64,000 bases of DNA from the NCBI GenBank assembly GCA_965285935.1, contig OZ260665.1, positions 59,272,001-59,336,000 of the forward strand, given 5' to 3'. The stretch's first letter is position 1; each line of letters starts with the position of its first letter. Below are positions 11,676 through 24,628 of this stretch, piece by piece. The DNA comes from Ophelia neglecta. Taxonomy: Eukaryota. A program made the translations under genes and the position numbers. The notes under the pieces are model-generated. The model saw only the letters and a program-made list of their open reading frames with translations. It was not told where the DNA came from and did not search any database.

Positions 11676-12970
11676 GGGATCATTCTCCCTGTGAGAGCGA
11701 GCCATGACGATTCGGGATGCCCCCCTCCCTGTGAGGGTGAGCCTTGTCTACCCCGGGATGTCGCTCTCCCTGTAAGGGTTAGCCATGTGGAACCCGGGAT
11801 GGTTCTCTCCCGCTGAGAGTGAGCCTTGGCGATCCCGGGATGTCACTCTCCCTGAGCGAGTGAGTCTTGTCCAACCCGGGACGTCACTCTCCCAGTAAGC
11901 GTGAGGCTTGTTGCCCCCCGTGATGTCGATCTCCCTCGTGAGAGAAAGCCTTGTTGAACCCGGGATGACGCCCTGCCTCTGGGTAGGTTCCTTTCGAACC
12001 TCGGGTTGTCGCTCTCCCCGTGAGATTGAGCCTTGTCGACCCCGGGATGTCGCTCTCTCTTTGAGAATGAGATTTTTCTTCCCCAGGACATCGCCTTCCC
12101 TTATAAAAATATAGTCGACCGCGGGATGTCACTCTACCTGTGAGAGTGAGCCTTGTCGACTCCGGGATGTCGCCCTCTTTGTGAGGGCAAGCCTTGCCGA
12201 CCCCTGAATGTCGCTCTGCCTGTGTCAGTGTGAGGGTGGGCCTTGCCGACCCCTGACGACCTCTGAATGTCGCTCTGTCTGTGAGGGTGGGCCTTGTCGA
12301 CCCCTGGATGTCGCTCTGCCTGTGAGGGTGGGCCTTGTCGACCCCTGGATGTCGCTATGCCTGTGAGGGTGGGCCTTGTCGACCCCTGGATGTCGCTCTG
12401 CCTGTGAGGGTGGGCCTTGTCGACCCCTGGATGTCGCTATGCCTGTGAGAGTGGGCCTTGTCGACCCCTGGATGTCGCTCTGCCTGTGAGGGTGGGCCTT
12501 GTCGACCCCTGGATGTCGCTCTGCCTGTGAGGGTGGGCCTTGTCGACCCCTGGATGTCGCTCTGCCTGTGAGGGTGGGCCTTGTCGACCCTTGGATGTCG
12601 CTCTGCCTGTGAGGGTGGGACTTGTCGACCCCTGGATGTCGCTCTGCCTGTGAGGGTGGGCCTTGTCGACCCCTGGATGTCGCTCTGCCTGTGAGGGTGG
12701 GCCTTGTCGACCCCTGGATGTCGCTCTGCCTGTGAGGGTGGGCCTTGTCGACCCTTGGATGTCGCTCTGCCTGTGAGGGTGGGCCTTGTCGACCCCTGGA
12801 TGTCGCTCTGCCTGTGAGGGTGGGCCTTGTCGACCCCTGGATGTCGCTCTGCCTGTGAGGGTGGGCCTTGTCGACCCTTGGATGTCGCTCTGCCTGTGAG
12901 GGTGGGACTTGTCGACCCCTGGATGTCGCTCTGCCTGTGAGGGTGGGACTTGTCGACCCCTAGATGCCTC
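11676..12970. repeat. 41-bp GC-rich minisatellite, ~31 copies, in the last intron
   Basis: Unit ctgcctgtgagggtgggccttgtcgacccctggatgtcgct. Near-identical copies from ~12265 to 12962 and degenerate copies from 11676 to ~12260. It produces the 41-aa-periodic ORFs in the track. Confidence 0.97.
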
Positions 12971-15900
12971 GCCTCTGACATCTCCCAATACCTATTATCC
13001 GATGTCGTGCCTTGTCACGAGCTGAGATTTATATGCTAATAGTTTTCGCCTCATTTGCTCGATTGAATTACAGAAGATTGTGTGCTAACATTGTGTAACA
13101 GTAATTTGATGAGTGTGGCTCAGTCCTTTTTGATGAGCGTGGCTCCGTTCTTATGGCAGTAGATAAGAGATATTGTGTCCGTGAACAGCTACATTTTGGT
13201 AATATGGACACAAGGCTCACTGTACCATGGCGTCTGTGCCAGTCATGTAAGTAAGACTCAGGTCAGACTGTTTGTAACAGCTTATATCTTAAGTATGAGC
13301 CTGGGGCTGTACGTTTAGATCTACTTCTCAAATTTAAGAGTAAAATCAACCTATACATGACTATGAGAAGACCCATTCAACTTGCTTGCAAAACGTCTAT
13401 TCTTTAATTTTTGGAACTCAAACGTTTAAGGAAGTTGCCTTAATCATGTTTTGCAGATATCGATAGTTTTTTTTAACATTTTTTAACCCTTATATAGTTT
13501 TAACCCTAATATTGCTATCGCGATGTATACCGAGATTCAATTTTATGCTAGTAGTACTTGTCAATTAGTTAATTTTTCCTCGAATTAGCATTGATTACGT
13601 TTAACATCTGTATTGGGTTTAAGGCTGCTATTGACACCAGCTCCCAATACATGTCACATGCACGCGTCTTGGCTGACTTATTATTGATACCGATCAGTCC
13701 TATTCCTAGAAATGAACCTAATCTCGGCCATTTGTTAGTTGAACAGAGCAGTTAATACAGTTGTCCTACCTGCCTTATCATCTATAGTTGTTAGGAAGCT
13801 AACATGTCAAGGCGGTGGTTCTGATTGGGACGGCGGCTGTGCCTACCTCTGTCCGACACACAAGCCGCCAAATTGCTCCTTTCAGCCAACCATCAGCTAA
13901 TCAATTATAGGAAATTGAATTTTCAATCGACAGATCCAGTACTTCCTAGGAAAACACAACCGGCTAAAAGCATCCATAAAGTCTCAACAATAGCGCCTCT
14001 CCAGCCATCAAACGACCTACACGAGTCTCACTCACTACAGGAGCGTTACCGTGCTCGCCTTTCTGTATTTTGTGATTATTATCATACCTATGCACTTGCC
14101 GTTTTCTGTTCCCCTAGGATATAATTACATGCATGTAGGTATGGTGGTGTTTATGATAAGTTTATAGATTATAAGCTATGATCATAGACGGTAGCGAAGG
14201 TAGATATACACGGCCAGTTTGTTCCCATCTACACCCAAACAGTGTTCATATCAGATATGGATTCTATTATTAAAGGCCTAACTGTTTTATCAGAAAAGCC
14301 GTACTCTTCACAAAATTGCAAACAGCAGCCATTTTTATCTCATCTCACTTAAAACTCATCTTGATTTCCAAACGTGACTTCTTATAATAGGTCAACCGAG
14401 ATATTAAGTGTCATCTAGTTGGTCAGAGAATTAGACAGTTAGAAAAGTTGAATTCTATAAAAGAAATAAAAGGCTAAGCTTTAAGTTTATTAGCCTAACT
14501 TTTTGAATAAGACTAATAAATAAGTTGAATAAACGATGTACATTCATGTTTAATCATAACAAAGTTCTAACCATTTCGCCAATCGTTCGTCATGACCACA
14601 ATACGTCCTCGTTCGACCTCTGAGGTCCGCTGTTAACAATCACGTATCAGTTTGCCGTGAACCTCAATCGCTTGGAAGGCTTTACAGTAATTCGGCGGGA
14701 GAGTCAAACACAATAATGCAGGCTTTGACTGAAATTTAGATGCATTAATCCGAATGCAGGGGCTTTCCACATTGATTCGCGCCGCGGGATGTTAATCATA
14801 ATTAGGAGCAGGCAAGATCCATTTCAGATTGGGTCTGACCTCACGGCCCCGCAAGTGTCGGCATGTAAGGAGATCAACAGCCCCACCGGAAATAAGGCCC
14901 GAGGCAAGGAAAAGGCGGAGCATGGGTCAAAGGTCAGGAGGCAGACGGTAAAAAATATAGGAGTTAGAGTTATTGTGAAAAGTCTTTAAAAATATTTAGA
15001 TTAAACTGAAATTGAATTGCATACAGGACATGACAGAGAGTTTCCTGATGCCTTTCAATCCCTTGGTTTTCATGCCTTCTGTGAAACAGTTGTTAAAAGG
15101 GCACACTTTATATATTACCAAAATGGAACTGCGAACACGTAAACTAGCCTATAGCTCTAAATTATTCAACGTATAAACAAATTTATCGCTTCATTTTCAT
15201 CCTAGTAAGCGTAACAATGATTTCCATAATCAAGCAACCTTTTCAATTTCAATAGCCTTGCAATAAAGACAAATGGGGTTTCAATTTTGAACAAAATGAC
15301 AAGACGTTCTATCAATATATAAATAGGCTTATATTCCACAGCTATTTATCCTCGTGGTTACCAGTACAGACCAAAAGGGTAATTGCAGCCAATGAATCCA
15401 CGTAGGCCTGCCTGTTAAGTTAAAGTAGCAAAGATGCGTGAAAACAGTTTAAATCTAAATATCTGTAAATGTGAAGAGCGCCTTAATTAAAATCACTATT
15501 AAAACGGCAGATTATGAAGAATAAGTCAATTAACATAAAAATAACACTTCTTTTATCAGCAAGGCGTGCCTTAAACTAAGAATACATACATTCGGTGAGC
15601 GTGAATGATCATGCGCAAACGGATATGACTGATACTCAGCTTATTTTTAGGTGGGCACTGCATTTGCGCATGCTCAAACACGCAGGCGAATGAGAGGAAG
15701 TTATCCGTACCTTCTGCACCACCAAAAAACCCGTTGCCTGCAGCTTAGAGTAGTAAAATAAGCACTTCGATTAGTGACAATTCATCACTTGGAAATAGAG
15801 AGTACAAATCAATCTGACGAAAAGGTAAACGAAAAAAAATCAGCAGAAAGTTAAAATCAAAAGTTTTCGGACAAATTGACTTTGCACCAGTGGGCCCTGT

Positions 15901-15990
15901 TATCATGCAAGCTAAACTCTGCTATAATGAAATTATTTTCTAGTGTAATCTTTAATATTGAAGGTTGCTGAAAAAGTCATAAAAATATTA

Positions 15991-16192
15991 NNNNNNNNNN
16001 NNNNNNNNNNNNNNNNNNNNNNNNNNNNNNNNNNNNNNNNNNNNNNNNNNNNNNNNNNNNNNNNNNNNNNNNNNNNNNNNNNNNNNNNNNNNNNNNNNNN
16101 NNNNNNNNNNNNNNNNNNNNNNNNNNNNNNNNNNNNNNNNNNNNNNNNNNNNNNNNNNNNNNNNNNNNNNNNNNNNNNNNNNNNNNNNNNNN
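15991..16192. other. Assembly gap (202 N)
   Basis: Run of n characters. Confidence 0.99.
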
Positions 16193-18719
16193 GTTTAAAA
16201 AGAAATAAAAAAGAAAAGTTCCTGTTAAATTAGGGTACAAATTATCTTTTGGAACATTCCAAGAATGTACAAGGCATAAAACCAATTAGACCACGAAAGC
16301 CATAAATCATTAGACAGCAATGTGCTTCGAAATGAGAACCGAGGGAGTAACGTTTCATAGCTTTCGGATTCTTTCAGCTGTTGGGATGTTAAAAAGGGAG
16401 CTTAGTTCCTTGACCCGGTAATAATCTGCTCGTTTCTTATGCCGAAGTTCAGGTCCCACGTCCATGATCGGACGCGGCCCGATTACATATTGGCATAACG
16501 GTAGCCTTGTGGCGGCCTTCAGCTAAACTTATGGGCAAGGTAATGCTAGTGGTGTGTCAGAATGCACTGTTATGGAGGGCCGGTGATTCATGTCGTCCGG
16601 GTAACGGAATGGGCCAATGTTCCTTCTCGGATAACATCCCATGGACAGGCGATAATCGAGGCAGGTTATCAGCGAGGAAGACAACGAAACAAAACAAAAG
16701 AAGGGAAATGAAAAGGGAAGACAAGGAACAGTACGATTTACAAATAGTATAGTGTAAATCATCAGATGAATATCAAAGGGGCCCAAATATTATACAAAGC
16801 TGCTGCACGGTACAGAAATTCACAAATTAAGCAAGGACCGGAAAATACAATTAGAATACTTCATTTGGTACATTGCTAGCACATACTACTCCCGAAGACG
16901 GCTCTGCAACTTGGCCAACAGAAATCAGGAGCAAAACACGATAACTGCCGGAGATAATTCTTTGACCTACTTGCGACGGCCGTGACGTCATCGAAGTGTC
17001 AAAGCAGTAAGGCATTTCCTGGTTCTCATTCTCTGTCCTTTAGTCATTTTCCAAAATGTATGCAAATATGATCATAGGCAGACCCTGATAAAGTTAGGTC
17101 CACAATAGATGGTTGTATAATGAAATGGACCATTTTGAGTTGGTACTCGTCAATGTTGCTCTTTGGGTTTAAACTGGTATTTGTGCTCAATAGAGTGCCC
17201 CATTACCAATGCTTCTTTAACGAACGTGCATTTAGTCACGTTTTGTTTTGGATGGCTGAACCAATCCGACGTGTTAACCGTAATATGGGGCATCTGAAAA
17301 ATATCTTGAAAATGTGCTGGTTCGATTTCCCCTCGATATCTATAAAGCACATAAATATTATTATTATTTAAGTAAACCGAGACTTCAGTTCATTCAGTTC
17401 AAATCATTCAGTTAAGCTAATTGTCACATCACATCCAGTTGAAGGGTCTTAGACAACTGTTTATTTATGTTTAATTCTAAGACGAATTTCATAGGAATCT
17501 CGCACATTTCCAATGGTTACGAGTGGACAGTATCTTCGTATATATCCAAATAGAAAACAGGAGTTAGTGTCCGTCCTGTCAGCTGATACGCGCCCAGTGA
17601 ACAATGGTCTTGATCCATTGTGATGACTGGGCGTGAGAGAGGTGACAAACTCTGACGATCCTATCATCAAGCATAGATTGAAAACATGTGGGATCGATAA
17701 GAAACGGGCACAGAATGATTGAGTCCTAGGACTGGCAGCCAACTCTATGAATATCATTTATTGCTATAATCAACGACAAGTCATCACAGGGGACGTCTGT
17801 GTGAGAGTCAGCAACAGGGAAAATCTGCTCGCTGATGTATGGAGTAAAGGCTGGTGGAGGCTGGTCAGAAATGTCACCCAGGGCAAGAGACACACAAGAA
17901 ATGTGGCAATGTGAAGTCCGAGTTGAGTTGCCAACTTAGGCAACTTTCTACTTCAAGCAAATGGCCGATGTGCAATGAGGTTTAAACTTACAATTTGGAA
18001 ATAAATTACGCCTTAATGCTAACGTCGGAATTGCTATATGTATATATGTATAAAGAAAGTTGGGAAGAATAGAGTTTACCAATGTAAATATCTATCATTG
18101 TTGGACAGCATGCAAGTATTGAAAAGAAAACAAGTAGAAATGGAAATCTTCATCACTGGATGCCTGAGAAATCACCCTGGAGACTACCCGGCCAAATTTG
18201 AGTCAATTACAAGGGTTGAATTATAGACAGTCTTGGCCAATTGGGAGCCATTTTAGGTGCTCCTTTTACCTCAGTACCGCAGTAAATGGCCTCATCATCA
18301 GCCACAGCCTCGCACCAAATGGGGAGGTAATTGGTGATTGGTCAGCAAAGGGATAACCTGGTAATTGGAAGTCGAGATTTCCTCTCTATTGCCTCTTGTC
18401 ACGATTGGCGTGGTCAAACATTTAGTTTTGTAGTCGGAAAGGCACGAAACAGAAATTGGAGACGAGGCAATGGAATAGCATTCAGGGGTGTAAGATATTA
18501 ATACAAGACAAAAAATGCTTGCCTCGATTGTGCTTTCTGAAGCATGGACTTGACCCAGCCCTCTCTTCTCTACTTGACCTCGACAGGATACAAAAGAGAG
18601 CTGCAGCAATAGAAACTCTGTAATCATTTCCTGCCCAGAAACCTGGTCTCCCTTGGCAGCAATGTGAAAGCAAGAGAACAGAGAAAAAGGTAAACAGTCA
18701 CGTAAAATTGTGTTCTTAC

Positions 18720-18795
18720 CTCCTGTGGAAGTATAGTGCGAGCACCAGTAGTAAAGTAATGAGCAATATGGCTGAAACCACTCCGAGGGCTATAC
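18720..18795 (-). CDS. SUEL-CUB-CCP receptor exon 7: transmembrane helix (GIALGVVSAILLITLLLVLALYFHRR)
   Basis: Strong acceptor ttttctctctttccag| and donor ag|gtaaga, 76 nt, phase 1->2. About 22 hydrophobic residues followed by a basic stop-transfer sequence. Confidence 0.9.
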
Positions 18796-21700
18796 CTGGA
18801 AAGAGAGAAAATAAAGACTTACATAAAATGCCTCCAGCAGTAGAGCTATACCAGTTCTTACCTATAAGGGTCCGCCACTCTTGTTTTAAGGTATTCTATC
18901 GGGGACACTTATTTATATATTACGTACCATGCTGTACAAACAGTAAGCTGTAACAGGAAGTCTTAAACGCTAGAATGAGAAAGTCAAAATTCTTCGCACG
19001 CCCTTCTTTCGCTAAATCATAAATATTTGCATAATTATGAAAATGCAAATTTGGTTAAACTATAATATCTTAAATATGTTTAAATAGTCTTGGTCTTTAT
19101 ATACTTAAAATAACGACCTAATAGATACTAAGACTTTTCAATATTTCTTAAACAGCTTCATATGTACATGCAAAAATAGACACTTTCCAAACGGACATAA
19201 AGTCCAAGTTATATCCAGTTTGTAACATTCTTTTTTACAATATCCAGAGAAATAGACGGCGTGGAAGGATTTGGACGAGCGAGAGGTCTTATCAAAAGTA
19301 TAAGCCTTAGTGTTTATCCCAAATGGGCGATGAAAAATTCAAATAACTATTAACAATAATCTCAAAGAAGTGTACATGTCATAAAAATATACTATTTTCG
19401 AGATATAAAGACGGATAAAGAGCTAAATGAGGTCGAAACTTCTCTAAAAGAATGGTCGTTGTAATGGGACAGACCAGTGGCGCCTGTTTATATAGTTAAG
19501 GATGCCGAGTTATTAGGGTCTGACCGGAGTCGATGTCGTCTGCTTTGAGCTATTGGCGCGGGTAGTGAGGGTCGGTTAGGCGAGGCTCCATCACTCTGTA
19601 TTGGCGACGGTAGAGCGGGTTAGAGGAGGACCAGGCAGGCCCACACCTCCTAGCCTTGATTTGACTGATAACTCAGATTGATGCTCTGACTATCGGGCTC
19701 AATCGCTTTCTCGCCCCTCCATCACCAATCACACTGAGAATTACCCCTGCCCCGAATCCCGAATAAAGCATTTACCAATACCAAAGTCTGCCAACTAGAA
19801 ATCGACTAGGATCTATTTAATGGTCGGCGGAGATTTTCTAAAATTGACACATTAAATTTTCCTCCTCCCTCGCAAATTGTGAACGACAGTGATGCCGATT
19901 TACAACTCAACAACCGGCCGCTAGAGGCCGCCCGAAATGATCTTCAATATATCACTGGGTCTTGGTTGAAGTCATATTAATTGTTAGGTCTATCAACTGT
20001 ACTGGTTCTTACAACATAGTTGTTGAGAAAGTGTCAAGAAGAATTATTACAAATAAATCATATTCCCTGCAAAAACTCTATCAATGGGGTGATCTCTCTT
20101 GTAAGTCTTAATTCTTAATGTATTGAGTTAAGAGGGACTGAAAATGCACTTTGAAACATTCAAATCGCGCGTACTTGTTCGAAAACAAATTTCCTGTGTG
20201 TAGTTTGCCACTTCATGCAAATCACACGATATTGAATAGTAAACCGGTCATCAAAGAAGTTATTTTCGGTTCAGTGGAATATTTTGTATGCAAAGGAAGC
20301 TTGTCTTATTTGCCTAATGTGAAAATTGGATGCTATGATATGATCTTAACCCTTTAAAGTCGCCTTACAAGACTGGCAAATGGTTTCTTTTGGTATGGGG
20401 CTTATTCCATCGGCTCGAAGCAAGAGAGTTGCTGCTTACGAAGCGGCACCGCAGGGCTATAACGCCGGCACAGGTCTGTAGCTGGCGACCTGACCCTACA
20501 TCCTATTGCCCGGATTTAGAAAGGCTAGCAAATCTACTCGGCAGCCTAATGGTGAATCCTTGTTCACTTCCGGTGATGTATAACAGGTGATTCGTCGTTT
20601 TAGCAGCTCACCTTCCAAATACCACGCTGGGACAATATTAATTCAAGAGCTACCCACATTTATTGTGATCTGGGCGTTGAGCTATAGGTGGTTGAGAATA
20701 CTTTGTTGGGATTTACACTCCATGACCGTAAACACCATATCTTTGTCTGAATGAAATGCTTTACATGCTAGGATGAGGTCTCCTGCCTGATTAAACGGTC
20801 TCGAATTGGGGATTTCCATCAAATACATAGTTTGGTTTCTGGGTCTTTTTCTTCTACAAACAGCGGTCTTGGTGCCTTCTGACATGGGGCGTCGGTCGGT
20901 GTCAACTACCAAAGGGCGGTCTGGGCCCCTTTTGGCAGGAGGCTCAGAATGTTGTCACCTAGCAAAGGTTATCAAAATTACTAACCAAGGGGTAATGTAT
21001 ACTCTGCAGGTTCAAATGGGTATTTGCGGACAAATACTTCACCAGTTTGTAAAGAATAACATATAATTCCATCAGCTTAAGGTCAGTCAACTTACAAATG
21101 ATGACTCTCTTTCAAACTGTTCCTGTTTAGAATCTAGTTTCCGGTTGCCATAGCTTTCGCAGTAAAAAACAACAATGGCAATGAGCGATCTATTCCGCTC
21201 ATCCTATAGAGCTAGCGGCTTCAATCACAATAAAAGCGTAACTGATTTATTTTATAGATTGAACATTCTATTGCACCACCGAGGAACTTATATATCCCCA
21301 ATGCACGTGTCCCCTTTAGACTGTAAAGGCCTTTTTCACCCATCTTGAAATCTTGCGTTTATTAAGACAAATGCATCTATAGCTATACAGTTAAAAGAGA
21401 GCTGAATACAAGGTTATTCACAATATTAGGGCATTGGAGATTCATGTTTATAGGCTAAAATTTTCTGATGATTTCGGTCCGATTTACTGGTCCATCCTTG
21501 ATTAATCATTTTGCCTTGTCTGCCGGGTATACACTCCGGGTTAAGCTGTCTTGTATGATTATAAACGCGGCTTAAAGAGTTTTAAGCAAGATTAGCGCAT
21601 TTCCATGATTTAAATAAGAATTATAGGTATTTGCAATCGATCTCTCACGCGGCCATCAAACCTTCACTTGGTATACATTCCTTTAAGCGTCATTCTTATA

Positions 21701-24538
21701 TAATGCATTCCTTTTCCCAATAACAGTTGAAGTTATTTCACTGCCGAAAAAACCAACCGCATGTGTCTAGTTTTAAAGAACTATTATTGGTTTTCCGCAA
21801 TACATCGCATACACCCTTCCCAGATGTCAAGTATTAATAATTCCGGTACTTATGTACACATTTACAGTTGCTATCGTAAAAGGGCGGAGTCTAGACTGGT
21901 AGTCACACATGCTGAGTAATTTTTGTCTTAATGACTTGACTTGAGAATTCGTAAACGGCAGAAAACAGTCATAGGCCTTTAATAGTAAGTGAGCTAGATT
22001 AAATATGGAAGTATATATTCCGAAATTTTATAAATGAATATAGAAATAAACCTGTTAAATATAAGTCTAACACAAGTCTTGTTACCTGCCCAGTCATTTA
22101 GCATATTTACATCTCTTGAGGCCGATTATGGGTCCGTAATGCGATTCTGTTATGGGTACCATGAACCACCATGAAAGCTATTCATGACAAATTATTCTAC
22201 AACGAATAGGCCTTTCATGATTCCCGTTCCGTAATATACTGTTAAATCCATTGAAAGTTCGTTACGGTCTAAGGTCTTACGCATGCGATTCGTATCATTC
22301 GTGGGTACTAAACAAGTGTTGATTACGAATACTTTTTTAGAAGTAATCTTGTAGTTATTTACAATTCTAGTCACAGAATGTGAAATGTAAGATACTAGCT
22401 ATAGCTAAAAGGCCATGTGACCATGATTCCAAAATTTCAAATATTTTAGGAAGGCAATTTAAGAGTTAAGAGTTAAGAGTAGAGTTATTCTGAAAGGTAA
22501 CGTTTTGTTTACCTAAAAGTGACAGCAGAGATAAGGGGTCATGTTTAAGGCTTATTAGTCTTTAATATACCTTGTTTAAACCGAAATGCAAGGGCACCAG
22601 TGGATAGATAACACATATATAATAACTTAAAGGGAAAGTAAATGCATATTCAACACCATTCCGACATTTGTAATTAATAAACCATCAGATCACCATGTCA
22701 CACTCAGAAAAAAAATACCTTGTGTTCAGTGGAAATATAGGGGACAACTTAAAGAAAGAGAAGCATGCAGACTTAAGTACGATACTAAGAGCAGCGTTTG
22801 CCAACCTCCACGTTTTAAATATAAGTAGGTACGGACGAAACGAAGGGTTTCAATGTAACAGAGTGATTTGATTCTGTCCAGCAAAATGAGGAACTTAAAT
22901 ATAGTTCAAAAAAGCTGAAGGACTTCTCCTCTATATGTCAGTTTCACACCAACACGTCTTCATTTCTTCCAATTGTTATATTAACTAACATGCATGTTAC
23001 CTAACTAAATAATCTATGCAACACAATAAGCGTCACTATAAGCTTAAGGTTCAAGACGAAACGATATAATTGTAACTATTGTTTGGCACATGAAATTAAA
23101 CCCATTATCCGTGGAACACTTTATACTTATAGAATGTATAGTGAAGGCCGAATGTATAACTTGGACCAGACAATATACTTAATGTAATGTTATTTCAAAC
23201 GCAAAAATACTTACTAATGTGTCTAATATGGCTATCACCATCTAAATATTTGGAAAGGAAATGGATTAGTGAAAATGAAAATACAAATACGTGCAGTTAT
23301 TCCTACTTCATATTGAACGAATTTAACTTCAAAATGGGTTTGATAACAATGCTCTACAGAAGCAAAAATTTAGTATATGATAATGTGTAGGCATATAGAC
23401 GAGTAAGCCTAAAAACTATCATATAGGCCTACATAACCTAAAAAAACATATCGTACATATAGGCTTATGCATGTTACATGTTTACTAATTAATTGGCCTG
23501 GGCACCACAAGCTGTAAGGACGGCGTCCTTGCAGAAAACGAAGGTTATACGTCTGGTATAGTTTCAATGTCACCTAGAATCAATGTTAGTTCTAGGGATT
23601 ATGGCAAGCAATGCTTTCGATTAATGTTAATTTACAAATTTCACCGAAGGAAGATTGCTCCAAGTCGGCTGGGAGGCAGAATAGGAGGATGGCTCATGCG
23701 ACGTACATCGATCATGATAAATCAGATATAAAACTCATCCGATTGTACAACTAAGAACGATAATGGACGATGGTACTGAATGAAAACGAACAGAAGCGAG
23801 GCGTCGAGGCGGAACTGATGAATACTCGGATTGAAATGCGGAATGGCTTCCACAATTCGAACGCTCCTTAAGAAAATTACACAACAACAAGACGCAGGAC
23901 ATAATCATTACACTTTTGCCCTGGAGACAAGGACATGTCAACTTTCGTACCGAAAAAGAATTAGGCGGATTCTGCTATAGCCACACTGTGACAAGCGCCA
24001 TTAATAACGGACATTTTCTAGATGTGGTTCGCTCCATTTGCTATTCGCGTCAGTCGGCGGATGCCAGACGATGTTAACCGAGGGAGGGTTTGACGGAAGT
24101 CCCCTGGCAGGTTTTCATGCGATCCTGGCGGGAAACAGATGGAACGCTGACCTTCCGGTGCGCACCCAAGGGACGCAACTGACAAATTGGTATGGAGCTC
24201 AATTACATTTTTTTCTTGGGATTTAAAACTTCAAGCAATCAACAGGCAAGTGCCTGTATACATAACCGGATTGTAGGAATTAAATGGATATCCGTTGTAT
24301 TTACTTTTTTATTCTGCTTGTTGATTTTGCCTGATTTGCATGGTGTGCGCTGGATTTTTACGTCACACATCCAGTAGAGATCTATCTTAATGTTTATTGA
24401 TACATTAACAGGAGCCTTCCAATTGCAGGGTAAGCGACACTCAGTGTCTCACCATAGGCAATGATTTATACCAGCTAGGCCGATAGATATCACTGATTTT
24501 TTTATGTTTGAACACAAGGAAACCGTAGACTAACTTAC

Positions 24539-24628
24539 CAACAAGCGATCCCGAGCGGTCCATGATATTTTGGGTACTCTTTTTGGTATTGGTAGTAGTC
24601 GCCGGAACAGGAGTAGTAGGGGTAGGCG
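24539..24628 (-). CDS. SUEL-CUB-CCP receptor exon 6: Thr/Pro-rich stalk (APTPTTPVPATTTNTKKSTQNIMDRSGSLV)
   Basis: Acceptor ctctttcatttcag|, donor g|gtaagt, 90 nt, phase 1->1. Mucin-like composition in the expected juxtamembrane position. Confidence 0.87.

Noticed and set aside
11676-12970. Repeat array as CRISPR or as a protein-coding gene (ORFs 12355-12981, 12437-12988)
   Set aside because: Head-to-tail units with no unique spacers, eukaryotic context and no cas genes. The ORFs are a by-product of a stop-free 41-bp unit.
15958-16285. ORFs spanning the N run
   Set aside because: Artefacts of the assembly gap.
22170-22220. Imperfect hairpin (catgaaagctattc...gaataggcctttcatg) as a pre-miRNA
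   Set aside because: Stem only ~14 bp with a bulge and a large loop; no match to a miRNA family I recognise.
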